Shown here in pieces: positions 1 to 11,933 of a stretch of DNA of 64,000 nt. The stretch is from Octopus sinensis (Eukaryota), in NCBI RefSeq assembly GCF_006345805.1, contig NC_043008.1:23684001-23748000 (forward strand), given 5' to 3'. The notes under the pieces are model-generated. The model was not told the origin of the DNA. It saw only the letters and a list, made by a program, of their open reading frames with translations, and searched no databases. The stretch's first letter is position 1, and each line of letters opens with the position of its first letter. A program made the translations under genes and the position numbers.

Positions 1-141
1 TCTTCTAGTATAGTTTTGGCCCGACTAAAGCCTTGTGAGTGGATTTGGTTGACGGAAACTGAAAGAAGCCGTCGTAAATATATATAAGATAAACTTACTT
101 GGAAATGGATGTGTGGCGTCCAATCAAATAATAATTATATA

Positions 142-210
<69 letters not shown>

Positions 211-450
211 TGTATGTATGTATGTATGTATGTATTCATATATATGAATATATTCATGTGAGTGTGTTTTTGTGTCTGTGTTTGTCCCCACCATCGCTTG
301 AGAACCGCAAAAGAGATTGTTAGAATAAGTACTAGGCTTACAAAGAATAAGTCCTAGGGTCTAATTGTTTGACTAAAAAACCCTTCAAGGCGGTGCTCCA
401 GTTTAGCCGCAGTCAAATGACTGAAAGAAGCAAAAGAATAAAAGAAGAAT
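1..450 (+). mobile_element. SINE family A copy, cut by window start
   Basis: Body GCCTTGTGAGTGGATTTGGT..GACGGAAACTGAAAGAAGCC, central microsatellite, and 3' tail GGCGGTGCTCCAG..GCCGCAGTCAAATGACTGAAA shared with about 10 other copies in the window. Confidence 0.9.
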
Positions 451-1330
451 ATCTATCTATCTAAGTCGTCCCTCAGGATGCTATAAGACGTTTTCATACG
501 TTTTCCCCCATTCATCTCGATCTTCCATAATGGTCTTCAACTCCTGTACCCCTTCCATACCAGTATCCTCCGGCAAGTTCTCGATATAGGTCATTTTCTC
601 CTTCCTCTCCTGGTTCTACCTTCCGCTTGTCTGAGCACTAACTTGTTAGCAATTTCATCGGTATGTCTGATGCAGTGTCCAGCTAGCCTCATCCTTCTAT
701 GTTGTATCTTCAATGTTACTATTGGTAGTTCCTGGTATAAGTCAGTGTGTGTTGTATGACTCTTGCAGAAGACATTGAGTGCCATATAACAATCACCCAA
801 CTGCTTCTTCAATGCTTTAGCCCCGTATAGAAGAACATGTTTCAACCCCGTATAGAAGAGCAGACTCCACTGTTGCCAGAAACAACCTTAGTTACAATTT
901 CCGTGCTAACTTTGAACTCCATACCTTTATCAATTTATGGCATGCGCTCCAGGCATGAGTTTTCCTTACTACGATGTCTATTTCAGTACTTTGTGTCCAC
1001 ACACCAAGGTATTTGAAATTTTCAACTATCTTGAGCGACTTACCGTCTCCCACTTTCACTGACACAAGCATTTCGTGGTTGAATACTTGCAGCTCTGTTT
1101 TCTTTGCGTTACTGTACAATCCTACCTTCCCCAATTCCTGCTCTAATCTGATCAGCACCTCCTGTGACTGATCTGTCCTCTCAGTTAGTAATACCAGGTC
1201 ATCAGCATAGCCTAGGTCAGTTACTGTTACTGCTTGATGCCGTCTAGTTCTTTGGCTATGCAGTTTGAATGCCAGTTCTTCTTCCTTGTCCTCGTACGTT
1301 CTATGCATTACGTAGTCCATAACTGGAGAC
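451..1330 (-). mobile_element. RTE-like LINE 3' fragment (RT C-terminus), degenerate
   Basis: TDLGYADDLVLL RT motif, FKYLG, RMRLAGHCIRH..GRTRRGR C-terminus split over two frames; (TAGA)n-type tail at about 451-462. Confidence 0.85.
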
Positions 1331-1771
1331 CTAAGAAAACTAAATTCGAAGAAAATGGAAATTATAGATAAGCAAGAACAATATTCTTTCAAAATGGCCT
1401 GAAGTTTATCGAGAATTACAATCGTGATAATAATAATTTCCTTTATTAGAGGTAATAATAATATAATACATAATGAGTGTTCATGATTAAAAAATACCGG
1501 TTTGTTAATATTGCGTCACAGTCTCTCATTATTTTTTCTGTGATTTATGCAACTAAAACACCCTGTTTCTTAATGCTTGTGCTATTATAAAGAAAGGTAA
1601 AGAAATCCACAGAACAAATATCCCAACAGTTAATATACGATATTGGTACATGTTATCATTAGTAACATTTCAAAACATCTTCCAGTACAGCATGAAGCTG
1701 TTTGCCATTTCTCTACACTACATGTTACTGCACAGCCCTGCATCACATTACAATATATGTTGTGTATACCC

Positions 1772-2157
1772 TTTACTCTTTTACTCTTTTACTTGTTTCA
1801 ATCATTTGATTGCGGCCATACTGGAACACCGCCTTTAGTCGATCAAATCAACCCCAGGACTTATTCTTTGTAAGCCTAGTACTTATTCTATCGGTCTTTT
1901 GCCGAACCGCTAAGTTACGGTGACGCAAACACACCACCATCGGTTGTCAAGCGATGTTGGGGGGACAAACACAGACACACAAACATATACACACATATAC
2001 ATATATATACATATATACGACGGGCTTCTTTCAGTTTCCGTCTACCAAATCCACTCACAAAGCTTTGGTCGACCCGAGGCTATAGTAGAAGACATTTGCC
2101 CAAGGTGCCACGCAGTGGGACTGAACCCGGAACCATGTGGTAAGTAAACAAGCTACT
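1772..2157 (-). mobile_element. SINE family A copy
   Basis: Reverse complement of family A including B-box GGTTCAGTCCC and (GAGTAAAA)n tail. Confidence 0.92.
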
Positions 2158-2244
2158 ATGTCATAGTATACACTAATCTTGTGTACACCACTACATTACA
2201 TCACATTGCTATACTTTGCTACGGTTCACTATGTTACTCTACAT

Positions 2245-4542
2245 CAGGGGTCACCAAACTTTTTTCATAGTAGGCCAGAGATAGCTAAAAGAATACCAAG
2301 CGCGGGCCGGATAAATATTTTGTTCAATTCAGTACAATACACTGAATGTACACAAAAAATAAAGAGTCATCCTATTTATTTATCAATATATAAAATACAC
2401 AAAATAATAAAAACAATAAACATTTTAATAATACCAAAATATTACCAAGTTAGAATTTGTAGAAAAAGTTCTCACATAGCTGAATTACATAAAAAGTACG
2501 CAGCACGAAAGTTAATGAGATTAATGAAACTGGCGTTTTGCTTCCAAAATATCGTCAACATCTGCTTTATGATTGCTGCAGCCAACCATAAGAATTGCTT
2601 TCAAATGTTCATCAGTGGGCCTTGTTCGATGTATTGACTTCACACACTTCTTTTTGAAAAAGTTTGCTCACAAACATAAGTTATTTCAAAAACTGATGCA
2701 ATACCTGAGGCAAATTTTTTCAGTTTTGAAAACTCAACAGCAGGCAAGCAACGATAAAATTCAATGAGCTTTCCTTCTCTGTGCTTCTTTTTCAACAAGG
2801 TATCAGCTTGCTGTAGTTCAGTTGGCGTGTTATCAAGATTACAGCCAAAGGAATTCTCAAACAAAAGAATTTCATTCTCAATTCTGTCAAGATCTGAAAA
2901 TCTTTGAGAAAAATGTTTATTTAAGTCCCGAATAATTTTTTTCTGAAGTTTGAGGTTAACATGTTCCACATTTTCTGTGCAAAACTTGAAAGTACTGGAA
3001 ATGAGAGCAGTTTTCACCTTCAAGTTGTGCTTCAAACAATGATAGCTTTCTCCGAAATGCTGTAATAATTCTGTAGAGATCACAGACAAGGCTATTCTTT
3101 CCTTGCAGTTTTAAATTCAATTCATCCATATGAGAAATGACGTCAACTAAAAATGACAACTTCGATAACCATGAAGAATCTGATAGCTCTATTCTTTTCG
3201 GTGAGAAAAAGATCTATTTCCCTTCGGAGCTTCTAAACGAAACTGAGCCATCTCACTTCTGTGTAGGAAGGCAAGTCACAGAAATCAGAATCCGTTTCTT
3301 CAAGGAAAGCCTGTCGGTGATTAAGCCCATATTTCCGAATAAAGTTCACCACAGTTGTAACCTGTTTTAGTACGCAAGAAATATCTAAGTGTTTTCCATA
3401 GAGTGGTTGCCGATGTATAATGCAGTGTAAAAACAGAGCTTTCGGAAGTTGAAGCTCCTCCAACTTGGTCTGGATCCGCCTTGCCAAACCCTTCTTCACT
3501 CCTGCCATGTTTTCCCCCATCGACTGTAACGCACCGAAGCTGATTCCACTGAAATTTATAGTTTTGCAAAGCCTTCTGCACCTCTATGAAAATATCTTCT
3601 CCTGTTGTTGTTCCATGTATACTGCAAACGGATGCCATTTCTTCTATAATCTGAAAGTTGCAATTAACACCACGAATGAACACATGAAGTTGTGACGTAC
3701 TAGAGAAATCAGAAGACACATTCATTGCGAGAGAATACCACAAACATTTCTTAGCTTTCTCGTATATCTGTAACTGTATATTCTCTCCAAGTTCTTCTAT
3801 TCTCCGCACAACTGAACTTGCTGAAAGGCTGATACAGCCAAACATGTTAGCTTTTTCAGGACACAAGTCATTCGCTGCTTCCATCATGCACTCTTTTATA
3901 AAGTTTCCGTCAGTAAATGGTTTTCCTCGCTCTGCCAACTTATTCACTATTTTATAGCTTACATGAGTGATAGATTCATTTTCAACAAACTTTTCCGTAA
4001 AGAAATTCCTTTGAGATTCCAAACAACGTTTCATAGACTCCAATTTCTCAGACTGCTATTTTCCAGAATATTTAGAATATGTTGAGGGATGTTTTGCTTC
4101 GTAGTGACGACGAATATTGTACTCTTTCATAACAGCAACACTTTCGTTGCATATCAGGCAACTAGCTTTCTGGTCGTTTGTTTTCAAATAGAAGTACTTT
4201 TCTCCCCATTCTGTATTGAAAATGCGACATTCATCATCAACCTTTCTCTTCTTAGTATCCATAAGGATGGGTGAAGAAAAAACAAAAGCAGTCTTAGGCC
4301 TCGGCGTCAGATATTCTCGTTTTAATTGTAATCATTAATAACTGACTAGCCCAAGGCACACGTGATGTACTGTAGTGATTATTAAGGCGCGTGAAATACA
4401 TAGTGCGTGACGTGACTGACTCAGTATACAAACGGCATGCGTAATCTAAGAAATGTAAGAAGCAGTATCAAAGCATATTTATTTTTTCAGCATACAACGG
4501 GGGGCCGGATCCGGCCCGCGGTCCGTAGTTTGGTAACCCATG
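2245..4542 (-). mobile_element. hAT DNA transposon, SPIN/Charlie (GTF2IRD2-like) group, both ends present
   Basis: 16-bp TIRs CAGGGGTCACCAAACT / CATGGGTTACCAAACT; 8-bp TSD CTCTACAT (2237-2244) / CTTTACAT (4543-4550). Confidence 0.93.
2640..4262 (-). pseudogene. hAT transposase, interrupted by frameshifts and stops
   Basis: KRKVDDECRIFNTEW, CLIC..RRHY BED-type finger, GTTTGEDIF, HCIIH, TEVRWLS, TYVCEQTFS spread across five ORF pieces. Confidence 0.92.
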
Positions 4543-5201
4543 CTTTACATAATGCAACGAAGGCATACACGAAGTACCGTAAAATTTCAAGTATGATACG
4601 AAATATTTTTCCCCTAAGAAAAGCATAATATTAGGAGCACGTATAATACACAGAATTAGGCCTCAAAATTTTCCCTACTTTTATTAAGACAACTAGAATA
4701 ATGTAATGAAGCTGCGTTAGGTTTTTAGATTATTTTATATTTCATATCAATATATTCTATACAAAATAAAAAATGGAAAATATATCAAATTATTGTAGAT
4801 TGTCTACTGTTGTAGTCAGTTGTGCTACACGTGGTATTACATATCTAAAAACAATTTTAGCTTAAATATCGAACTATGTGTTATATGTAGGAGCAGCATT
4901 TATATACAGATTTTTATAGTAAAGAGAATTAATTAATGTTTGTGTTCTCCAATATGTTACGTGATTTTTTTTCACACATTTTCATATCTTCATTATGAGA
5001 AGGTTTTCTCCAAATACGTTTTGATATGTAACGAACACTATTTAGATTACGTGCTTGATTCTGACAGTAAAAAACAAAATGCAAACATGATGAGGTCGAA
5101 AAATCAACTCATCATGCGTCTGATATTTGTTTTCTCGCCGAGGTTTATAACTCAATGAATTACTTTTAGAGCCACGTCGAATATGTATTTTTTTATATAT
5201 C

Positions 5202-5346
<145 letters not shown>

Positions 5347-6211
5347 ATCTATATATATTATTTTCGGTTGATAATTGTTTATATTATTTTCAATTGATAA
5401 TTGTAAATTCGATGACATTTCTAAAAAGATGAAATGAAAGCTGAATTTTAACGATATGGATCGACAGAATAATGTTGTCGATATGATTAATGCCTAAGAA
5501 GATACCCAATCAACGTTGTTTTATCTGCTTATTAATCTCAACTAGAAATCAATAAATAATTTCAATATCTGCTGTTAATATAACAAAATGTTATTTAATT
5601 TCATTCTATTTTAATGAAAAGCGAAAGGAAGATTTTTAATATTCTTAAACTTTGTAGTTGTAGTCGCCTAGTAAGAGGTTACCTCCTAGTTAGATAAGTT
5701 GCGTTGATGGTTCGATACTGTCGAAGATGTTTGGCTACATTTTCGTCCCTATATGGCCTTGGCAAGTATGAATATCAAAGATTTATAAAAAGTCTAAAAC
5801 GACGTTTACAAGAGTACTGAGACACAAATATCCAGTGAAAATTTGTCGTATCACAGTGTTCCATTGGTATTGTGCTAACAAGATACAGTGGCGTATAGCG
5901 GGCCACAAATTGGTCACCAACAGAAGTGTTAACGCTATAAATTTTTCACGCTTGTTTCATTGGCTTTCGATATTGGGTTCAAATTCATAAGCTGATAGAT
6001 TGATTATCCACTCTCAAATGAACTTTTATATAGTCCGTAGAACTAGGATCCATTCAAGAATGACCTAGCTGAAGCAGCTGATATTTATTATGAATTAAGA
6101 AGTTTATGGCGTGAAGAAATGGTGAAAAAGGCGATTAAAAATATTTCTGGTTTTCAATATTAAAAATCTTGGGCATATAACCAAAACAAAAACGTTCCAC
6201 ACACACACACA

Positions 6212-6256
<45 letters not shown>

Positions 6257-6333
6257 CCTATGTATGTATGCATGCATGTATGTATGTGTGTGTGTATGTA
6301 TATATGTACGTATCTATGTATGTATACGTACAT

Positions 6334-6668
6334 AAAGGGTAAAGACCCCCTTCGGTCATGAATGACCATGGGATTGCACCTAGAAAGTTTCCCTCCTAGA
6401 CACAAGTCCGGGCAAGGTTGTTTATGGAAGACCAGCAGTCGCCCATGCATACCAGCCTCCCCGCTCCACACCACCAGTGTTATCCAAGGGAAAGACAAAG
6501 GTCGATACAGCTTGGCACCAGTGACGTCGCAACTCATTTCTACAGCTGAGTGAACTGGAGCAACGTGAAATAAAGTGCCTTGCTCAAGAACACAACACGC
6601 AGCCCGGTCCGGGATTCGAGCTCACAACCTCACGATCGTAAGCTCGACGCTCTAAACACTGAGCCATG
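6334..6668 (-). mobile_element. tRNA-derived SINE with CORE-like domain
   Basis: Minus strand TGGCTCAGTG A-box, GAGCTCGAATCCC B-box-like, then GTGTTCTTGAGCAAGGCACTT resembling the CORE domain (recalled consensus). Confidence 0.8.
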
Positions 6669-6764
6669 TCTAAATTCAAGAACTGAACTATGACAAATTT
6701 TTACTGTTTGTTCTAAATTATAACGCATATAAACATTCCTTTATTTATCTAACATCGAAGTGTC

Positions 6765-6993
6765 ATTCTTGTTCTTGTTCTTGTTCTTCTTGTTCTTCTT
6801 GTTCTTGTTCTTCTTGTTCTTGTTCTTCTTGTTCTTGTTGTTGTTGTTGTTGTTGTTGTTCTTCTTCTTCTTCTTCTTCTTCTTCTTCTTCTTCTTCTTC
6901 TTCGTCGTCTTCTTCTTCCTCTTCTTCTTCTTCTTCTTCGTCGTCTTCTTCTTCTTCTTCTTCTTCTTCTTCTTCTTCTTCTTCTTCTTCTTT
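6765..6993. repeat. compound (TTC)n/(TTG)n triplet microsatellite
   Basis: Directly visible; source of the poly-Arg and poly-Phe pseudo-ORFs. Confidence 0.98.
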
Positions 6994-7002
6994 TAATTAG
7001 CT

Positions 7003-7128
7003 GTCTGGATGTTTTGCGTTCTTGTCCTATTTTTTGAATCCCTTTTATATACATATGGGGTCGTACGTACACTTTGGTCTCTTATATGTAAGTACATACA
7101 TACATACATACATACATACATACATACA

Positions 7129-7159
<31 letters not shown>

Positions 7160-7854
7160 CCATATCCATATCTGAATTTTGTACGACTCTCTTATTCTTT
7201 CATGCTTTCTTTCTTTCAATCAGCCCCTTCACACTTACTTCGTTCTTTCCACTCTTCTTTCTTTCGTTCCCCCTCTCTCACATTTCTTGGCTTTTTCTTA
7301 ATTCTCACTTTCCTCCTCTTTCACTTCACTATGTCCTTTTTCTTTTTCTCGTCCCTCCCTAATTCTTCTGTCTCTCTGCCTCTACCTTTCCTCTCTCTCT
7401 CCACGTGACCGATGTTCGGCCAAGCTCGACCTTTCTTGGTTCGACTACCATCCGTGTAACGTCTAGATTCCTCCCAATGCCTGTCATCTCTTATGTCCCT
7501 GCCTTAAGGCTTCACTTTCACACACGCCAGCTTAATTTAATTTGTCCTTAGTCGAAAGACACCTGTTGTTATGTCCTATTATTTGAATTTGTAGTTGTGT
7601 ACCATTTCTCGGTTCTTTTCCGTCCTTGTTTTCGTATACATTCGCTGCTTTCTTCCAAGGAATCTAATGCTCTTAGCTTAGTTTTTCCTTGGGGCTGGCC
7701 AGATTGGTGCAATCTCGAGTATAATCAGCCGAAATTGCAAAGATAATCTGGAACTCGAGTGTGGAAAGAAAACTTCGAATGTCCGTGTTTTTCCTTGTCA
7801 CTCTTTTATATCATCTGCCTGGATGTTTTGCGTTCTTGTCCCATTTTTGCATTC

Positions 7855-7855
<1 letters not shown>
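7003..7855 (+). repeat. pyrimidine-rich interspersed repeat, permuted partial tandem (PLE pLTR-like)
   Basis: GGATGTTTTGCGTTCTTGTCC present at both ends (about 7007 and 7821); homologous to 16600-17790 and 35165-35297. Confidence 0.75.
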
Positions 7856-7923
<68 letters not shown>

Positions 7924-9122
7924 AAATAGTAAAGAGTGAAAAAACGACAGAAGGCTTAAATGTTAAAAAATATATATATTTGTGTCAAAATGTCTGGAGA
8001 ATATTGGAAAAATTTCTTTCCTTTCATAGACGCGTCCTCTGTCAGCTCTCCTACGCTGGGAGAAAAACATGGACTTCTTCCAAAAATATAGTGAAACCTT
8101 CAAAAATGAATTGGGTACAAATAATCCCTTCCTTAAGAAAATTACAATAAATAAAAAAGAAAAACCTAACAACCCACGAACAACCCCCAACTATGCTCCA
8201 TACACTAAAAACAGAAATCACCCACAACCAACCTTTACAAACCACGCTAGACCTAACAGGGAACTAGCTGACAGAGGACGCGTCTATGAAAGAAATTACA
8301 CCAAAAACAGAACAAACCAACAACATCCTAATACCAGACCCAACCACCATACAGCACAATACGACACTAGGATAAGAAATACACCACACACAAATCGCTA
8401 CTACCCCATGAACCAAAACTACTAGTCCCCACTAAACACAAGACAAACGCAAAGAAACACTATGTCAAGCAACATCCCACATACAAGAAGTTCGAAACAA
8501 AAATATTTCCCATACAGAAATTTTACACACACCACAAGCAATAACAACCATAGATTCCCACACACACACAACGATCGGAGGCAACAATACCACCACTCCC
8601 CGACCAAATACCACACAACCTCACAGACAACTCATACAAACAAAATTACACCCAACATTTTTTAGCCAGGGACCAGGGACACCAGGACACAGGCTGGAAC
8701 CTAGTAATAAGGAAAAACCGAAGATAATCAATCTTTCAACCAAACCTCTTTCTAACATAAAAATTGACATCCTCGCAAAAGGGCTCAAATTTACACCAAC
8801 TCCACGCAGAGCAAACCTAAATGAACTCAAGGATAATATAACAGAATTTTGCAGAAAATTAAGACTAGCAGAAGCATCAAACAGTTTCAATACTGAAGAT
8901 GAATCACTAGTCAAGAACAAAAGTGAACACATCCCACACAGAGGAAGAAATAAAGATCTTGACGAATTCTGTAACCACATTGAGAACTTCCCCTACCATA
9001 CTATACATAAACAGAAAGCTAACCCAAATTTTAACACTACACAATGGAAAGAACTGATAGAACTCCAAAATGATGAAGATATAACCATTAAGGAAGCGGA
9101 CAAGGGAAATGCAGTTGTAATA

Positions 9123-10988
9123 ATGGATACATCATACTACAGAAATCTTGTAATTTCCTTGCTTGATGACGACCTACATTATGAAAAAATTACCAACTAC
9201 ACCCCACAAAAAATAATGAAAACGCTATCCTCACTAATTAAAACCCACGAAAAGGAACTGACAACCAAAGAGATTGACTTCCTAACAAACTTTAAATGCA
9301 AACCTAGCCTTTTCTATGGTCTGCCAAAAATTCATAAAAGTCAAATTATAAATGAAACCATTAAAAAATCACCAAAGACATACATACACACACCTAATCC
9401 GGGGGACCTAAAACTACGACCCATTGTAGCTGGCCCAACCTGTGAAACACACAGACTAAGTCTACTTATGGACATCCTCCTGAAACCCTTCCTTAAACAT
9501 ATCGATAGCCATATCAGAGATGACTTAGATATGTTAAACCACCTTCCAAAAAAAACCAAGGAAGAAACAATCCTGGTTTCATTTGATGTAGTCAACTTGT
9601 ATACCAGTATACCTCATAATTATGGACTGGAGGCAATACAGTTCTGGTTAGACCAATTTCCGGAAGAAATACCAAAAAGGATCAGTAAGGAATTCATTAC
9701 TAAATCAATTGAATTCATCCTACACAATAACCACTTCATGTTTGACAATACATTTTACCGTCAAAAATCCGGAATTGCTATGGGTACAAGGGCAGCACCA
9801 GTCATTGCGAACTTAACAATGGGATACATGGAAATAATCATTTACCAGGAATCTCTATCAATCTTTGGAAACTCCCTCTCTCAATACATAAAAGAGAATT
9901 GGAAACGATTCCTAGACGATTGTTTCATTCTCTGGAATGAAAACATAGATAAACTCCTAAAATTTAAAAACCTATTGAACAGCATAAACCCAAATATACA
10001 GTTCACAATGGAATACAACCAAAAGGAGCTCCCGTTCTTGGATATACTAATTAAAAAAATTAACCTTAAAATAGAAACAGACATTTTTTACAAAGCCACA
10101 GACGCCAAACAATACCTTCTTTTTAATTCATGCCACCCAAGACACACTAAAACAAACATCCCCTTCAACCTTGCAAGAAGGATATGCACAATAGTGTCAG
10201 AACAAAATACCAGGAACTTTAGACTGCAAGAACTCAAAAACACCCTAATTGACAGACATTACCCAGCTCAACTCATAGAGGATGGGATCAGACGTGCAAC
10301 AGAAATCAACATAGAAACTTTAAGAAAAGTTCAACACAACAACACACCCTCCCCGAAAATACTACCTTACATATCTACATACAACTCCAGAAACAAAGAA
10401 GCCTTCACCATCATCACCCAGAATTTACCAATACTTCATAAAAACCCAAAATTAAAGGAAATTCTAAACATACACCAAATCATTAAAAGCTACAAACAGC
10501 CTAAATCACTTAAAAAGATTCTCACAAAGGCAAAATTGTCTTCTGAAATTACGGATGCAAAAGTAAAAAAATGTGGTAGATCGAACTGTGCAACATGCCC
10601 TAACCTGCTAGAAGGATCAGAATTCCTCTTTAAAGAGGGACAAAAATTCAAGATCAAATCTAACTTTACTTGTGCCTCTGAAAACATAATTTATGTCATT
10701 AAATGCTCGGGCTGCCACCAAGACTACGTGGGTTCCACGGGACTATCACTCAGGCGTAGATGCACACTGCATCGACAACAGATTGCATTCCCAGAATATA
10801 GAATGATACCTTTTAGTGAGCACATTGAGAAATGCGCAAAGCAACTACTGCCACAATTTTTAATCTTCCCATTTTACCAATGTGCTTTCGGATCATCAAC
10901 ACAAATGAGACTGAACAAGGAAACATTCTTCATTGAAAAGTACAAACCCAGACTCAACCATCCGAACATACTGACACAGAGAAATTAA
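9123..10988 (+). CDS. PLE reverse transcriptase + GIY-YIG endonuclease (frame open without stop from 8436; first Met at 9123)
   Basis: IINLS..GLKFTPTP and IKEADKGNAVVIMD upstream in frame; LRPIV, SFDVVNLYTSIP, GIAMG, WKRFLDDCF, LPFLD; CGRSNCATC linker; NIIY..CSGC..YVGST..H..H GIY-YIG/CCHH. Confidence 0.93.
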   Translation: MDTSYYRNLVISLLDDDLHYEKITNYTPQKIMKTLSSLIKTHEKELTTKEIDFLTNFKCKPSLFYGLPKIHKSQIINETIKKSPKTYIHTPNPGDLKLRPIVAGPTCETHRLSLLMDILLKPFLKHIDSHIRDDLDMLNHLPKKTKEETILVSFDVVNLYTSIPHNYGLEAIQFWLDQFPEEIPKRISKEFITKSIEFILHNNHFMFDNTFYRQKSGIAMGTRAAPVIANLTMGYMEIIIYQESLSIFGNSLSQYIKENWKRFLDDCFILWNENIDKLLKFKNLLNSINPNIQFTMEYNQKELPFLDILIKKINLKIETDIFYKATDAKQYLLFNSCHPRHTKTNIPFNLARRICTIVSEQNTRNFRLQELKNTLIDRHYPAQLIEDGIRRATEINIETLRKVQHNNTPSPKILPYISTYNSRNKEAFTIITQNLPILHKNPKLKEILNIHQIIKSYKQPKSLKKILTKAKLSSEITDAKVKKCGRSNCATCPNLLEGSEFLFKEGQKFKIKSNFTCASENIIYVIKCSGCHQDYVGSTGLSLRRRCTLHRQQIAFPEYRMIPFSEHIEKCAKQLLPQFLIFPFYQCAFGSSTQMRLNKETFFIEKYKPRLNHPNILTQRN

Positions 10989-11131
10989 CAAGGGAAAGGA
11001 AAAAAATTTTTAAGCGATTATCTCCCTTACACCGGAAGAAATCACTCACTATTTCGAAATCACTCACTTATTTCGAAATCTCCTGAAAATAAACACAACG
11101 ATAACTCCATGCAATATAAACATAACGTCAC

Positions 11132-11170
11132 AAGAAATTTGAAAAGCTACACGCGAAACCGGTATTTCTT
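11132..11170 (+). ncRNA. HHR-like motif with UUGAAAA core in PLE 3' UTR
   Basis: AAGAAA-T-TTGAAAA-GC(TACAC)GC-GAAA-CCGG-TA-TTTCTT; equivalent motif at 57312-57357. Confidence 0.55.
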
Positions 11171-11370
11171 TAAAAATTATAAAATTATGTCATTTTAAGG
11201 AAAGGAAAAAAATTTTTCCAATATTCTCCAGACATTTTGACACAAATATATATATTTTTTAACATTTAAGCCTTCTGTCGTTTTTTCACTCTTTACTATT
11301 TTCTTATATATTCACCCACGTGCTTTACCAAACAAACTTTCTTATCTATATATATATATATATATATATA

Positions 11371-11750
11371 TTCTTTTACTCGTTTCACCCAAGCGGCTGT
11401 GGTCATTCTGGAGCACAACCGTGTTCTTTCTGATCTCCTCAGTCTGGGGTGTTTCACATCAGCACTCTTGTGTGTGTCTTTGTTCCAGCTGTTGGTTCAT
11501 CCGGTATTGTGGAGAGGATATTTACTTCCACCTTATGCAGATTTCTTAATTTTTGTGGCAGGGAATTGAAGAGCTGTGGGCCTCTGAACCCCAGGCTATT
11601 GCAGTACATGTTCCTGAATTTAGATGGAGTGGATGATACCTTTGGTACAGTACAATGGCGGCCAGTTCTGGCATTTGCATAACACTCAATGCTAGTTCTG
11701 GCAATTGTATAAAGCTACAATGTCGCTTGAAACGTTCGTATTGCACTAAT
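11371..11750 (-). mobile_element. CR1/L2-group LINE 3' end
   Basis: Minus frame ARTGRHCTVPKV..YCNSLGFRGPQLFNSLPQKLRNL, then a 3' tail resembling the SINE A tail. Confidence 0.75.
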
Positions 11751-11933
11751 ACTAGATATCCTGTTACTTATTTTGATTTTACACACACACACATACACAG
11801 ACATATATATATATGTATATTTATGCATACATACATACATATATACAGGTTCACACACATATGTATACGTTTGTATTTATATGTATGGGTATGTAGATGT
11901 ATATATGTGAATATATATATGCTTATATATATG

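Larger units (their letters stand above)
7921..11304 (+). mobile_element. Penelope-like element, Neptune-type, with inverted copy of the 3' UTR at its 5' end
   Basis: RT + GIY-YIG ORF; 7921-8025 is the reverse complement of 11200-11304; (TA)n on both flanks. Confidence 0.93.

Noticed and set aside
6749-7072. Protamine-like poly-Arg ORF
   Set aside because: Reverse complement of a (TTC)n tract; no unique coding sequence
7761-8150. 129-aa ORF upstream of the PLE
   Set aside because: Crosses a repeat end, a (TA)n tract and the inverted PLE junction; chimeric by construction
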